Position numbers and translations under genes: made by a program. The notes beneath the pieces are model-generated. The model had not been told where the DNA came from, made no database searches, and saw nothing but the letters and a program-made list of their open reading frames with translations. From positions 124,001-188,000 of IMG/VR virus record IMGVR_UViG_3300025770_000870: DNA of 64,000 nucleotides, one strand, 5' to 3'. Positions 26,685 through 36,048 of the stretch are shown here, piece after piece (the first letter of the stretch is position 1; each line of letters begins with the position of its first letter).

Positions 26685-27253
26685 GTCTTAGCAACTATTT
26701 CTAACCATTTTGATTGATTATCATAAAGAATTCCTTCCTTTATCTCAGATGAAACTATCTCAAATTCATTTGATACTAAATCTTCCCAAGTTTCTTTATT
26801 AAATATTGTTTTACCTGTTTGTATATCATTTACTAACTTAACAGTAAATACTAAATACTCTTTTGTGATTCTACTAATGTCTTTGAATATACTTTGTAAT
26901 TCTGACTCACTGAAATAGTGAAGTCCTAATCTAGAATAAACTAAATCAAATGAATTATCAGGAAATGGGAATTTGTTTTTGGTGTCGTGTTTAACACAGT
27001 TAATCTTCTGATTAACGTGGTCTACATATTGTTGATTGTTTTCTGTTCCGAATACTACATATCCTCTTTTTAAGAGTTCTAAAGCATCAGCCCCGTTACC
27101 ACAAGAAATTTCTAAGATAGAACCACTTGAAATAAGTGATTGTATTTTCTCTACTAACTCAATATCAGCATTGTCATCTAACTTTAGTAGAGTGTCTTGA
27201 TTATTTAATTCTTCTTGATTCTCGAATATTTTTCTAGTGAGTAAGTGTTTCAT
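26681..27253 (-). CDS. Class I SAM-dependent methyltransferase with CTS-like N-terminus
   Basis: ILEISCGNG motif I, FPFPDNSFDLVYSRLGLHYF; N-terminus MKHLLTRKIFE. Confidence 0.85.
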   Translation of the reverse strand: MKHLLTRKIFENQEELNNQDTLLKLDDNADIELVEKIQSLISSGSILEISCGNGADALELLKRGYVVFGTENNQQYVDHVNQKINCVKHDTKNKFPFPDNSFDLVYSRLGLHYFSESELQSIFKDISRITKEYLVFTVKLVNDIQTGKTIFNKETWEDLVSNEFEIVSSEIKEGILYDNQSKWLEIVAKT

Positions 27254-27269
27254 TAGAGTATATATAAAA

Positions 27270-27992
27270 CTACTCTAATCTTTTTTTAGTTAAGTCAATA
27301 GCTTTCTGATTTATATCACATCCAATGAAATCCCTCTTTAGCTCCTTACAAACAACAGCACATGTACCGCTTCCTAGGTAAAAATCAGCTACCAAATCAC
27401 CTTCATCTGACGAAGCTCTTATTATTCTATCAATAAGTTCTTTCGGTTTCTGTGTATCATATCCAACTCGCTCCTTCTTATCGTTTTGTCCTAGAATATT
27501 CATTTTCCATACATCACCAATTACTTTACCGTCTTTGTGATAGTACTTTTCTTTAGCATAACCTCTTGGTGCACTTTTAGCATAAGGTTCTCTGATTGGG
27601 TTGAACTTATAATTGTTACTTTTAGTGAATCGGTATATTATATCATGTCTTTTTCCAAAATCTAATTTCTTTCTGGGAGCTGTATTGTAATTCCATATGA
27701 TTTCGTTTCTCATATTATCATACCCGAATATGTCTTCCATTATACAACGTATCCAGTGATTGATTTTAGTATCCATTTGTAGGTATATGGTTCCTGTATC
27801 CTTTAATACGCGGTGCATCTCCTTTAATCTAGGTATATAGTGTTCTTCTATATCAGATTTTATGGGTTTTAAGTCTTGGTAGTCTTTGAATTTCCTACCA
27901 GTCCCATATAAGATATCTACGTATATCAAATCTATTGAGTTGTCATCTAATGTTTTTAGTAAATCAAGATTATCTTGGCATGATATGTTCAT
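27270..27992 (-). CDS. Beta-class DNA amino-methyltransferase with atypical motif IV (DILY)
   Basis: SIDLIYVDILYG, MHRVLKDTGTIY, YDTQKPKELIDRII, ADFYLGSGT, FIGCDIN. Confidence 0.85.
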   Translation of the reverse strand: MNISCQDNLDLLKTLDDNSIDLIYVDILYGTGRKFKDYQDLKPIKSDIEEHYIPRLKEMHRVLKDTGTIYLQMDTKINHWIRCIMEDIFGYDNMRNEIIWNYNTAPRKKLDFGKRHDIIYRFTKSNNYKFNPIREPYAKSAPRGYAKEKYYHKDGKVIGDVWKMNILGQNDKKERVGYDTQKPKELIDRIIRASSDEGDLVADFYLGSGTCAVVCKELKRDFIGCDINQKAIDLTKKRLE

Positions 27993-28040
27993 ATTATGTT
28001 TATAGTTAAATTATAATTTTTGTTTTTTATATATAGTGTT

Positions 28041-28361
28041 ATGAATCATATTAAAAAATACGAATCTTTCGATTTTAGTAATACTTTACCAATATCATCT
28101 AAATCAGACTTAACAATGTATTATAATTGCAATGTTTGTAATGCTCTTTGGGAATCATTTAATGATCCTTGTGTTAAGTGTAGATTTTGTGATACGGGTA
28201 ACATTAAAGAATTGGATGAAGATGGTTACTATGATATGGTTGAGTCAAGGTTAGAGGATGATGAAGTAGAAGATTTGAGAAGTGAGAGGGAAGATAGTAA
28301 AGATAAATTTGTTAATTTATTATCATTAAAAGCAAAAGAGAAGAAAAAGTATGTCAATTAA
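28041..28361 (+). CDS. Zn-ribbon protein with CTS-like N-terminus
   Basis: ATG at 28041 gives MNHIKKYESF; CNVC...CRFC. Confidence 0.7.
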   Translation: MNHIKKYESFDFSNTLPISSKSDLTMYYNCNVCNALWESFNDPCVKCRFCDTGNIKELDEDGYYDMVESRLEDDEVEDLRSEREDSKDKFVNLLSLKAKEKKKYVN

Positions 28362-29061
28362 TAACAGAGAAGATGCTAATAAGTATTATCAAATAATGAA
28401 TGAGCTTGTTGATGAGTATATCGATAAGTGGAAAATACGTCCTGCTAAATTGAAAAAGTATCTTTCTCCTGGTTCTAGTAGGTTTAATAGATTTCTAGAA
28501 AGAAATAAATTAGGTGATATTAAAGGTGCTGGTACTATACTAACTGATATAATTGATGATAGGTTCAGTATGGAGTCTGATGGTGTTCTTACATTTGAGA
28601 ATCACAAGTTCTTAGAATCTGCTGAATTTAAAATACAATCATTAAAACAATGTCTTTATAAAGGTATTGAGAAGGCTGATATTAAAATGGAAAAAATAAT
28701 AGCTGATTATCACGATACTAATTTAGGTGAAATAGATGTTGTTGATTCTGATAAACATTTATTTAAAATTTCTTCTTGGGGAAATGATGGTTCCAATATT
28801 GTCATTTATTCAAAAGAGGATATTGATTTAATAGTAAGTAATATGATAGACCATTTATTTGATGAATTGTCTAAAAATAAAGTTGAATTAACTGATTCAA
28901 TTTCTATTGATCTTTCTGATTTGATTAAAAAAGAAAATTTTGAAGATAAAATGAATTCAATTTTTAATAAAGAATTTTCAACAAAGGTTATTACTGATTG
29001 TTTAGGTGAAGAATGTCAGTTTGATGGTGAATTAAATGGATTTTTACTATGGTCTATGTAA
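28351..29061 (+). CDS. Hypothetical protein
   Basis: 236 aa ORF overlapping the upstream gene; internal VLTFENHKFLE. Confidence 0.75.
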   Translation: MSINNREDANKYYQIMNELVDEYIDKWKIRPAKLKKYLSPGSSRFNRFLERNKLGDIKGAGTILTDIIDDRFSMESDGVLTFENHKFLESAEFKIQSLKQCLYKGIEKADIKMEKIIADYHDTNLGEIDVVDSDKHLFKISSWGNDGSNIVIYSKEDIDLIVSNMIDHLFDELSKNKVELTDSISIDLSDLIKKENFEDKMNSIFNKEFSTKVITDCLGEECQFDGELNGFLLWSM

Positions 29062-29172
29062 AACATGTAACATCATGATACCACTTTAACTATAATTTCG
29101 TATTTATATTTATCTTAATATACCATTAATAGATTTAAAATTTAATATATAAAAGAAAGAAATTAGTATTTT

Positions 29173-30204
29173 ATGTCTGTCACTGGTACATATAGTCCTC
29201 CTGGTGGAGGTCCTCCTTATGGAGGTAGCGCTTCGGCTGAGAGTTGGTCTGATTTGGATGATTTACTTATTCGTATGCCTGATAATACGGCTAACTTAAT
29301 AGTAGCTAAGAATATTAGAGATTCTGTTTACACTTTATGGGATAGAATTGATACTGTTGAGGTAATAGCAGCTTCTGCGGGTTCGGCATCTTCTTTTTTC
29401 CAAAATACAGAATCTACACCAATTACAGTTGGTGGTATACCATCAGGAACTTCGTTTCCGACACCAACTAATATGCAAGATATGTGGGATCAATTACTTT
29501 ATCCATATGTTGGACCAAGTTCTGGATTTTCACCATCATCTTTATCAAGAGAATTTGGTACACCTTTAGCGGTAACATTGAATTGGTCTGTTGTGAAAAA
29601 TAGTGATCCAATTACAGTTATAACTGTTGATGGTGTTGCTCAAATACCCACCGGTAATTCACAAGTTGGTACAAAAACAGATTCAACTGGTACACATAGC
29701 TTAACACCCGGAGTTACTGAAACTAATGTATTTGCTATGTCTGCTTATGATGGTACATCTACTACAAATTCAAATTATACATTAACATGGAAAAATAGAA
29801 TATTTTGGGGATATATTGACCTTGCTTCTATTGATAATCCAAATCTAACTACAAATCCAGGATCACAGTCAATAGTAGCATCACTTTGTACCGATACTGC
29901 TATAAAGTCATTGACTGGAGCAAATGCAAATGGGTCTATGTTAGGTAGTGAATTAGCAATTAGTAAAAATAAAACATATACGGGAATAGATGGTGATGGT
30001 AAATATTTAATATTTGCTTGGCCTAGTAATGTGAGTGGTGCGTTGATACCATCATTTAGTGTTAATGGATTGCCTAATACGGCATTTACGAGAGTTAGGA
30101 CCGCGTCAGCTTTTGTAAACTCAAATGGATTTAGTGGCACAAATTATGAAGTGTGGGTTAGTAATACATTACAAAACTCACCATTAAATATAATAATAAG
30201 TTAA
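29173..30204 (+). CDS. Ser/Thr/Gly-rich structural protein (fibre or appendage cluster)
   Basis: 343 aa, beta-rich composition; TTAATATATA at 29142-29151. Confidence 0.65.
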   Translation: MSVTGTYSPPGGGPPYGGSASAESWSDLDDLLIRMPDNTANLIVAKNIRDSVYTLWDRIDTVEVIAASAGSASSFFQNTESTPITVGGIPSGTSFPTPTNMQDMWDQLLYPYVGPSSGFSPSSLSREFGTPLAVTLNWSVVKNSDPITVITVDGVAQIPTGNSQVGTKTDSTGTHSLTPGVTETNVFAMSAYDGTSTTNSNYTLTWKNRIFWGYIDLASIDNPNLTTNPGSQSIVASLCTDTAIKSLTGANANGSMLGSELAISKNKTYTGIDGDGKYLIFAWPSNVSGALIPSFSVNGLPNTAFTRVRTASAFVNSNGFSGTNYEVWVSNTLQNSPLNIIIS

Positions 30205-30215
30205 ATATATAGAAT

Positions 30216-31838
30216 ATGGCACAAAACATAGGTACATTAGTTTCATCAGCAATCAGACCCAATGATTCATTAGATCCAATTGCGTCAGCTTTTTCTAGTG
30301 AGATAAAAGGTGGATTACATACAGTGGTATCAAGTGGTGATAGAGATGATACTATATTTGAGAGAAGAGAATGGGGTATGATGTGTTACATTATCAATGA
30401 TAAAAAAACATATCAATTAGAGTATAATTATGCGGATACTGATATAATGAACAACTCTAATTGGATTGAATTTAGTGGATCTGGTGGAGGTGGTGGAAGC
30501 GAATGGGTTGATTCTGTGTTTTCAGTTTTGTTAACTGAGCCAACGATAGGGCCCGGGTCACCAACAAGTGGTGATAGATATTTAGTAGGTACTAAACCCA
30601 CCGATGTCGTTTCTGGTACTAATTGGTCAGTTATATCTCCTGGATTTGTAGCTGAGTGGAATTCAGCTTTAATGTCTTGGGATATCACATATCCAACTGA
30701 GGGTATGTCTGTTAGGGTAGATGATGAAGATAATTCCATTTATAAATATGAAACGGATGGTGGATTAAATAATTATCCGAATGGAACTTGGGAAAAGGAA
30801 AAATTAGGACAAGTTAGATCAATAGATGCTAATTTCACCGGAGGGTTTAGTTATTCAACAACATCTGATCCTGAATTTTCAGGATATATAAAAGATATGT
30901 TATTCCTTACCAAATTTGATACAGTTAATTCCGGAGTAACAGCTTCATTGGATGTAAATGGATTGGGTAATGTTTTAATAAAAAAATCAACATCGGGTGG
31001 TGTTATAAACTTAAACCCATTTGATATAAAAACAGACATTGTTTATAGTTTAGTTTATGATGGTACATATTTTCAATTAAACAAACCTTCAAATGATGAT
31101 TTATTTAATGTTAAATATTATATAGAACCTACTGATTATATAGTTGTTCCTCAATATTATCAATATTGGGTTTATGGAGATTTAACCATTGATGGTTGGA
31201 TGGAAAATTACGGACAAGTTGTTATCGCTAATGGTTCACTTATTAACACTGGAACTTTTTCCAATTTTGGATCCTTATCATTTATTAGTTTTGACTCTGG
31301 AACTGGATCAACCCCATCAGTAACATCATATTCTGATACAGACACGATAGATTTTGATATTTTTGTAGCACCACTTGGTCCCTCGGTATCAGCTTTCATT
31401 AAAAATGATTCACTAACGGCTTCACACTTAAACACTGGATCTTCCGGTGGAGCAACTGCTGGATATGTATTATCTGTTGATGAATCAGGATTATTTAACT
31501 GGAAAGGCGGAGGAGGAGGAGCTTTATCGTATTCTGATAAAAGTTATGTAATGAGTACTAATACTAGTGGTGACGGTTCACCTACTGGATTGGTTATATC
31601 AAATACACCTCTTGTAAATTCTTATGTTGGTGTTTTTATAAATGGTCAAGAATTTCAAGTTGGTTTTGGTACAACTTCTAGCGTTCCATGTTATTTTAGT
31701 GATGATGGTGGAACAACTGCTAAAACATCAACTTCACCTAATAATGTACAGATAGGTGACGAATTATATTGGAATGGAGTTGTAGTTGGAATGGATTTAT
31801 TCACTACTTGGAGGATTTCATTATTTTATCAAGAATAA
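30216..31838 (+). CDS. Structural fibre or appendage protein
   Basis: 540 aa; C-terminal domain paralogous to that of 31917-35105. Confidence 0.65.
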   Translation: MAQNIGTLVSSAIRPNDSLDPIASAFSSEIKGGLHTVVSSGDRDDTIFERREWGMMCYIINDKKTYQLEYNYADTDIMNNSNWIEFSGSGGGGGSEWVDSVFSVLLTEPTIGPGSPTSGDRYLVGTKPTDVVSGTNWSVISPGFVAEWNSALMSWDITYPTEGMSVRVDDEDNSIYKYETDGGLNNYPNGTWEKEKLGQVRSIDANFTGGFSYSTTSDPEFSGYIKDMLFLTKFDTVNSGVTASLDVNGLGNVLIKKSTSGGVINLNPFDIKTDIVYSLVYDGTYFQLNKPSNDDLFNVKYYIEPTDYIVVPQYYQYWVYGDLTIDGWMENYGQVVIANGSLINTGTFSNFGSLSFISFDSGTGSTPSVTSYSDTDTIDFDIFVAPLGPSVSAFIKNDSLTASHLNTGSSGGATAGYVLSVDESGLFNWKGGGGGALSYSDKSYVMSTNTSGDGSPTGLVISNTPLVNSYVGVFINGQEFQVGFGTTSSVPCYFSDDGGTTAKTSTSPNNVQIGDELYWNGVVVGMDLFTTWRISLFYQE

Positions 31839-31916
31839 ATTGAGAATAAACAAAACATAGATATATAATTAAGTTTCATATTTAATATATAATCTAAGAA
31901 AAATTAAAAATGAAGA

Positions 31917-34900
31917 ATGGCATTATTAGATGGTAAGCAAATGAGAGATAACTCACTCTCATTAGATAAATTAAATGGATCCAGTGGTTTAGTTACTTTC
32001 ACTTCTGCAACAATGAGTTTTTCTACGGGTGCTTTTTTAAGAACATCCGATGATAATATTTTAGATGGATTAGATGTTGTTAATAAAAATTATGTTGATT
32101 CTGTTTCATCTGGATTAAATCCAAAAGAATCTTCTACTGCTATTTATGAGGATGACGTTGCATCAGAGACAGGATATGTATATAATAATGGTGCTTCTGG
32201 AGTTGGAGCTACATTAACATTTACAAACGTTAATAGTCTTGATTTTGATGGTGTTACACTATCTGTAACCTCACCACTAACAAGAGTTATTATAAATTCT
32301 AACACAGACACATTTGTGAATGGTATTTATGATGTTACTAGTTTGACAGTACTTACAAGATCTACTGACTTTGATGGTTCTCCATCTCAAGAGGTTGATG
32401 GTGGTGAATATTCATTCGTTACGGAAGGTAGTTTATATGCTGATACAGGATGGGTTGTTTCCTCTCCTAATAGCACAGCTACAATAGGAACAACTCCAAT
32501 TATTTGGACTCAATTCTCATCTGCTGGTGTTGTACAAGCTGGATCTGGATTAACAAAAACCGGTAACACATTAAATGTTGGATCTGGAACAGGATTATCA
32601 GCATCATCAACAGAAGTTTTTCTTGAAGATACATCCGTTACTCCTACTACTTATGGTGCTGATGATACAATACCAACATTTACAGTAGATCAACAAGGTA
32701 GATTAACATCAGCGAGTGATGTTACGATTGATATAACGGCATCTCAAGTAAATGATTTTACATCCGCTTCAGAAACAGCTATCTTTACAGATGCGAATTT
32801 TGTGGATGGTATAACAGTCACATTCTCAGTAACACCTGGGTCCGATATTACTGCTGAAGTAGTTGATGGTTCGTTAGGAACTGTTAAACTTGATGCTAGT
32901 GGTGGAGCAACTGCTGGTTATTCTTTACTATCAAACGGAACAGGATTTGATTGGGTTCTTAACGCAGGAGACATATCAGCAGTTACTGCTGGAGCCGGAT
33001 TAACTGGTGGTGGTTCGTCAGGAGCGGTTTCATTATCTGTTAATGTTTCTAATGGTTTAAATTTAGATGGCGATGATGTTGAATTAGGTGGTACATTAGA
33101 TAAGACAACAACAATAGATACTGATGGTAATGTTTTAGATATAACAAATGTGGCTGATTCATACACTTTGATGAAAAATCAGAACCTAGCGGATAAATCT
33201 GGTACATTTAGTACACTTTCTATTGGTTCTGATATTGATAATGGTATTTCGGAACCTTCGACTAATAGAGTTGATGATTTACAAGTGGAAGCAGACTCAG
33301 TTTATATCATCGGCGCGAGTGATAGTAGTAATTTAGGATTTTTAAATATAAATAAAGAACAAGGTACTTTAGGCGTAGATGCACCTGGAGGACAATCATC
33401 AATTAACATATTGGCAACTCAGATGTTAGTAGGTGATACTTTAAATCTAACAGGTTTAAAGTATCAAGCTGATTACTCATCTAACTATACTGATCGTTCT
33501 TTAGTTGATAAAGAATATGTTGATGATGCTATTTCAATAGTTACTGGATCAGATATCGATGAAGTTACTGCTGGTGCTGGTTTAAGTGGAGGTGGTACTC
33601 AAGGAGTTGTTACTTTAGATGTTAATGTTAATGCTGACTCTATGGAGATAGTAACTGATGTTATTAGATTAAAAAATACTATTACAGGAGATAGAACATT
33701 TGCTGATTCGGTTATCGTATCAGGAAACTTAACAATTGCTGGAACAGCAACTTATGTAAATACAGAAAATCTTTATGTAGTTGATAATACTATTACATTG
33801 AACGCTACTTATAGTGGTTCTCCATCAGCAGTACCTTATTCAGGTATCGAAATTAACTTAGGTGATGGTACATATTCTACATTTTTACACGAAGAATCAA
33901 CTGGGTATTTTGTTGGTGGTGTTTCTGGATCAGAATCAGCATTTATACAAGAAGCTGGTACAGGATTAACAAAAACTGGTAATGCACTATCTGCTGATTT
34001 AACAGAAATTGCTGAATCAACACAAGGTGCTGGATTAACAGCAAGTGCCGGTGTTATTAATGTTGGTCAAGGAACTGGTATTACAGTAAATGTTGATGAT
34101 GTGGCAATTGATTTTGTTTCAATCACTGGTAATGGTTTAACACAATCGGGTGGAGTTATTAATGTTGATGTTGATAATACAACAATTCAAATTGTAAATG
34201 GTGAATTAGTCGCTACTACATTGGGTGATATACAAGGAGTTACTGCTGGTGCTGGTTTAAGTGGAGGAGGTGATTCTGGATTTGTTACTTTAGATGTTAA
34301 TCTTGGAGTTGATGGTGGTTTAACATTCTCTAGTGATGATATAGTAGTTGATGAGGCTAACTTTAATTATACGATAATAAATACTAACTTACAAGGAAAT
34401 GGTTTAACTGCAAATGGTGTAGTTCTTGACGTAAATACTGGAAATGGTTTAACAATCAATTCTGATGTTGTTGAAGCTGACTTATTATCTAATGGAGGTT
34501 TAACATTCTCTAGTGGCCAAATTGAAGTATCTGTTGATAATAGTACAATAACAATTATAGATGGTGAATTAGTTGCTTCTGCACAAGGAGATATTACGGG
34601 AGTTACAGCCGGATCTGGTTTAAGTGGAGGTGGTAATTCTGGATTCTTACAGATGGATGCTGATATTACCGCACAAGGTGGTTTAACATTCTCAGGAGTT
34701 ATTGTTGATAACAACAGCACTTTACAAGTTGAAACTGATGGTACAACTATAACAGTTAATGCAAGTGGTCAATTAGAAGCAATTGGTACAACAGCTCAAC
34801 CAGTTTATAATCAAATGAATGAAACTTCTGTATTAACTACACCAAACACTGATAATGTTAGTACACAAATTGCTATCGCGAACCCACCATCTAAATATTC

Positions 34901-35105
34901 AAGAGTACAAGTATTTGTTAATGGACAATTACAAAACTTGGGTGATAATAACACAACCAAAGATTGTTACTTTAGAGATTCTGGTAATACAACAACTAGA
35001 GCAATAAGTCTTATAGTTGCTACTGATGTTCTTTATTGGAATGGGGCAATTGCTGGATTTAACTTAACAACTACTGATACAATTTCTCTTTCTTACGAAA
35101 CATAA
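31917..35105 (+). CDS. Long repeat-rich fibre protein
   Basis: Four DIxxVTAGxGLxGGGxxGxVxLxV repeats and many GL(T)xxxxxxxV shaft-like repeats; TTAATATATA at 31882-31891. Confidence 0.7.
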   Translation: MALLDGKQMRDNSLSLDKLNGSSGLVTFTSATMSFSTGAFLRTSDDNILDGLDVVNKNYVDSVSSGLNPKESSTAIYEDDVASETGYVYNNGASGVGATLTFTNVNSLDFDGVTLSVTSPLTRVIINSNTDTFVNGIYDVTSLTVLTRSTDFDGSPSQEVDGGEYSFVTEGSLYADTGWVVSSPNSTATIGTTPIIWTQFSSAGVVQAGSGLTKTGNTLNVGSGTGLSASSTEVFLEDTSVTPTTYGADDTIPTFTVDQQGRLTSASDVTIDITASQVNDFTSASETAIFTDANFVDGITVTFSVTPGSDITAEVVDGSLGTVKLDASGGATAGYSLLSNGTGFDWVLNAGDISAVTAGAGLTGGGSSGAVSLSVNVSNGLNLDGDDVELGGTLDKTTTIDTDGNVLDITNVADSYTLMKNQNLADKSGTFSTLSIGSDIDNGISEPSTNRVDDLQVEADSVYIIGASDSSNLGFLNINKEQGTLGVDAPGGQSSINILATQMLVGDTLNLTGLKYQADYSSNYTDRSLVDKEYVDDAISIVTGSDIDEVTAGAGLSGGGTQGVVTLDVNVNADSMEIVTDVIRLKNTITGDRTFADSVIVSGNLTIAGTATYVNTENLYVVDNTITLNATYSGSPSAVPYSGIEINLGDGTYSTFLHEESTGYFVGGVSGSESAFIQEAGTGLTKTGNALSADLTEIAESTQGAGLTASAGVINVGQGTGITVNVDDVAIDFVSITGNGLTQSGGVINVDVDNTTIQIVNGELVATTLGDIQGVTAGAGLSGGGDSGFVTLDVNLGVDGGLTFSSDDIVVDEANFNYTIINTNLQGNGLTANGVVLDVNTGNGLTINSDVVEADLLSNGGLTFSSGQIEVSVDNSTITIIDGELVASAQGDITGVTAGSGLSGGGNSGFLQMDADITAQGGLTFSGVIVDNNSTLQVETDGTTITVNASGQLEAIGTTAQPVYNQMNETSVLTTPNTDNVSTQIAIANPPSKYSRVQVFVNGQLQNLGDNNTTKDCYFRDSGNTTTRAISLIVATDVLYWNGAIAGFNLTTTDTISLSYET

Positions 35106-35125
35106 TAATTAATAATTAATTAATC

Positions 35126-35157
35126 AAAAAGGAGTGAAGAAATTCACTCCTTTTTTT
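35126..35157 (+). terminator. Intrinsic terminator
   Basis: AAAAAGGAGTGAA-gaaa-TTCACTCCTTTTTTT. Confidence 0.85.
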
Positions 35158-35226
35158 ATGTACATTTTTAAAATAGAGTATCCTGTTTTAATATATAAGA
35201 CTAGATAAAAATATTAAATCCATTAA

Positions 35227-36018
35227 ATGGCTCAACAGAATATTAAACAAATAAAAGGTGCTTCACAAGGTTCAGTACTTTTCTTAGGTACTAATAGTGT
35301 AGTTAGTGAAGATTATAATAATTTAAATTGGGATCAAGGTACCTTTTCGATAAATGGTAATTTAGTAACATCTGGTATAATAAATGGTATAGATATAGCT
35401 ACTGATGTAGCAGCGAACACAGCTAAAGTAACTAATGCTACTCATACTGGTGATGTTACAGGAGATACCGCATTGACTATTGCAGCAGGATCCGTAGATA
35501 TACCAATGCTTTCAGCTAGTGGTACATCTGACACTACTACTTTTTTAGGAGGAGATAATGTTTGGAATGTTGCTCTTAAAAGCTTAACGGTAGGAAGTAG
35601 CACATTTGTAAGCTTACAAAATGTAGGTACAGTAAATGTTCCTGATATCACTTCTACATTATCTGCTACTGGTACACCGGATTCTACTACATTCTTACGA
35701 GGTGATAATACTTGGTCTGTTCCAGCAGGAGGAGGCGGAGCAACAGTATCTTTTACATTAAGAAATGTGAGTTCAGGTGATACTTTTTCAACAGCACAAG
35801 AAACTATTAACGCTACTGCTGGTACATTTATAGTAAACTTACCAACATCAGTAGGTATTCAAGGCGTAACCTATACACTCGTAAACAGTGGTACAGGGAT
35901 AATAACATTAAAAGGTAATAGTGGTGAGACAATAAACGGTTCCACAACTATTACTTTGTCAACTCAATATACAAGTAGAACAGTACAATCAGATGGTGCA
36001 AATTGGATCATCATATAA
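35227..36018 (+). CDS. Short fibre-like structural protein
   Basis: Duplicated LSAxGTxDxTTFLxGDNxW motif; N-terminus MAQQNIKQIKG; TTAATATATA at 35188-35197. Confidence 0.65.
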   Translation: MAQQNIKQIKGASQGSVLFLGTNSVVSEDYNNLNWDQGTFSINGNLVTSGIINGIDIATDVAANTAKVTNATHTGDVTGDTALTIAAGSVDIPMLSASGTSDTTTFLGGDNVWNVALKSLTVGSSTFVSLQNVGTVNVPDITSTLSATGTPDSTTFLRGDNTWSVPAGGGGATVSFTLRNVSSGDTFSTAQETINATAGTFIVNLPTSVGIQGVTYTLVNSGTGIITLKGNSGETINGSTTITLSTQYTSRTVQSDGANWIII

Positions 36019-36048
36019 ACAAGAAGAATAAAAATAAATATATAAGAC

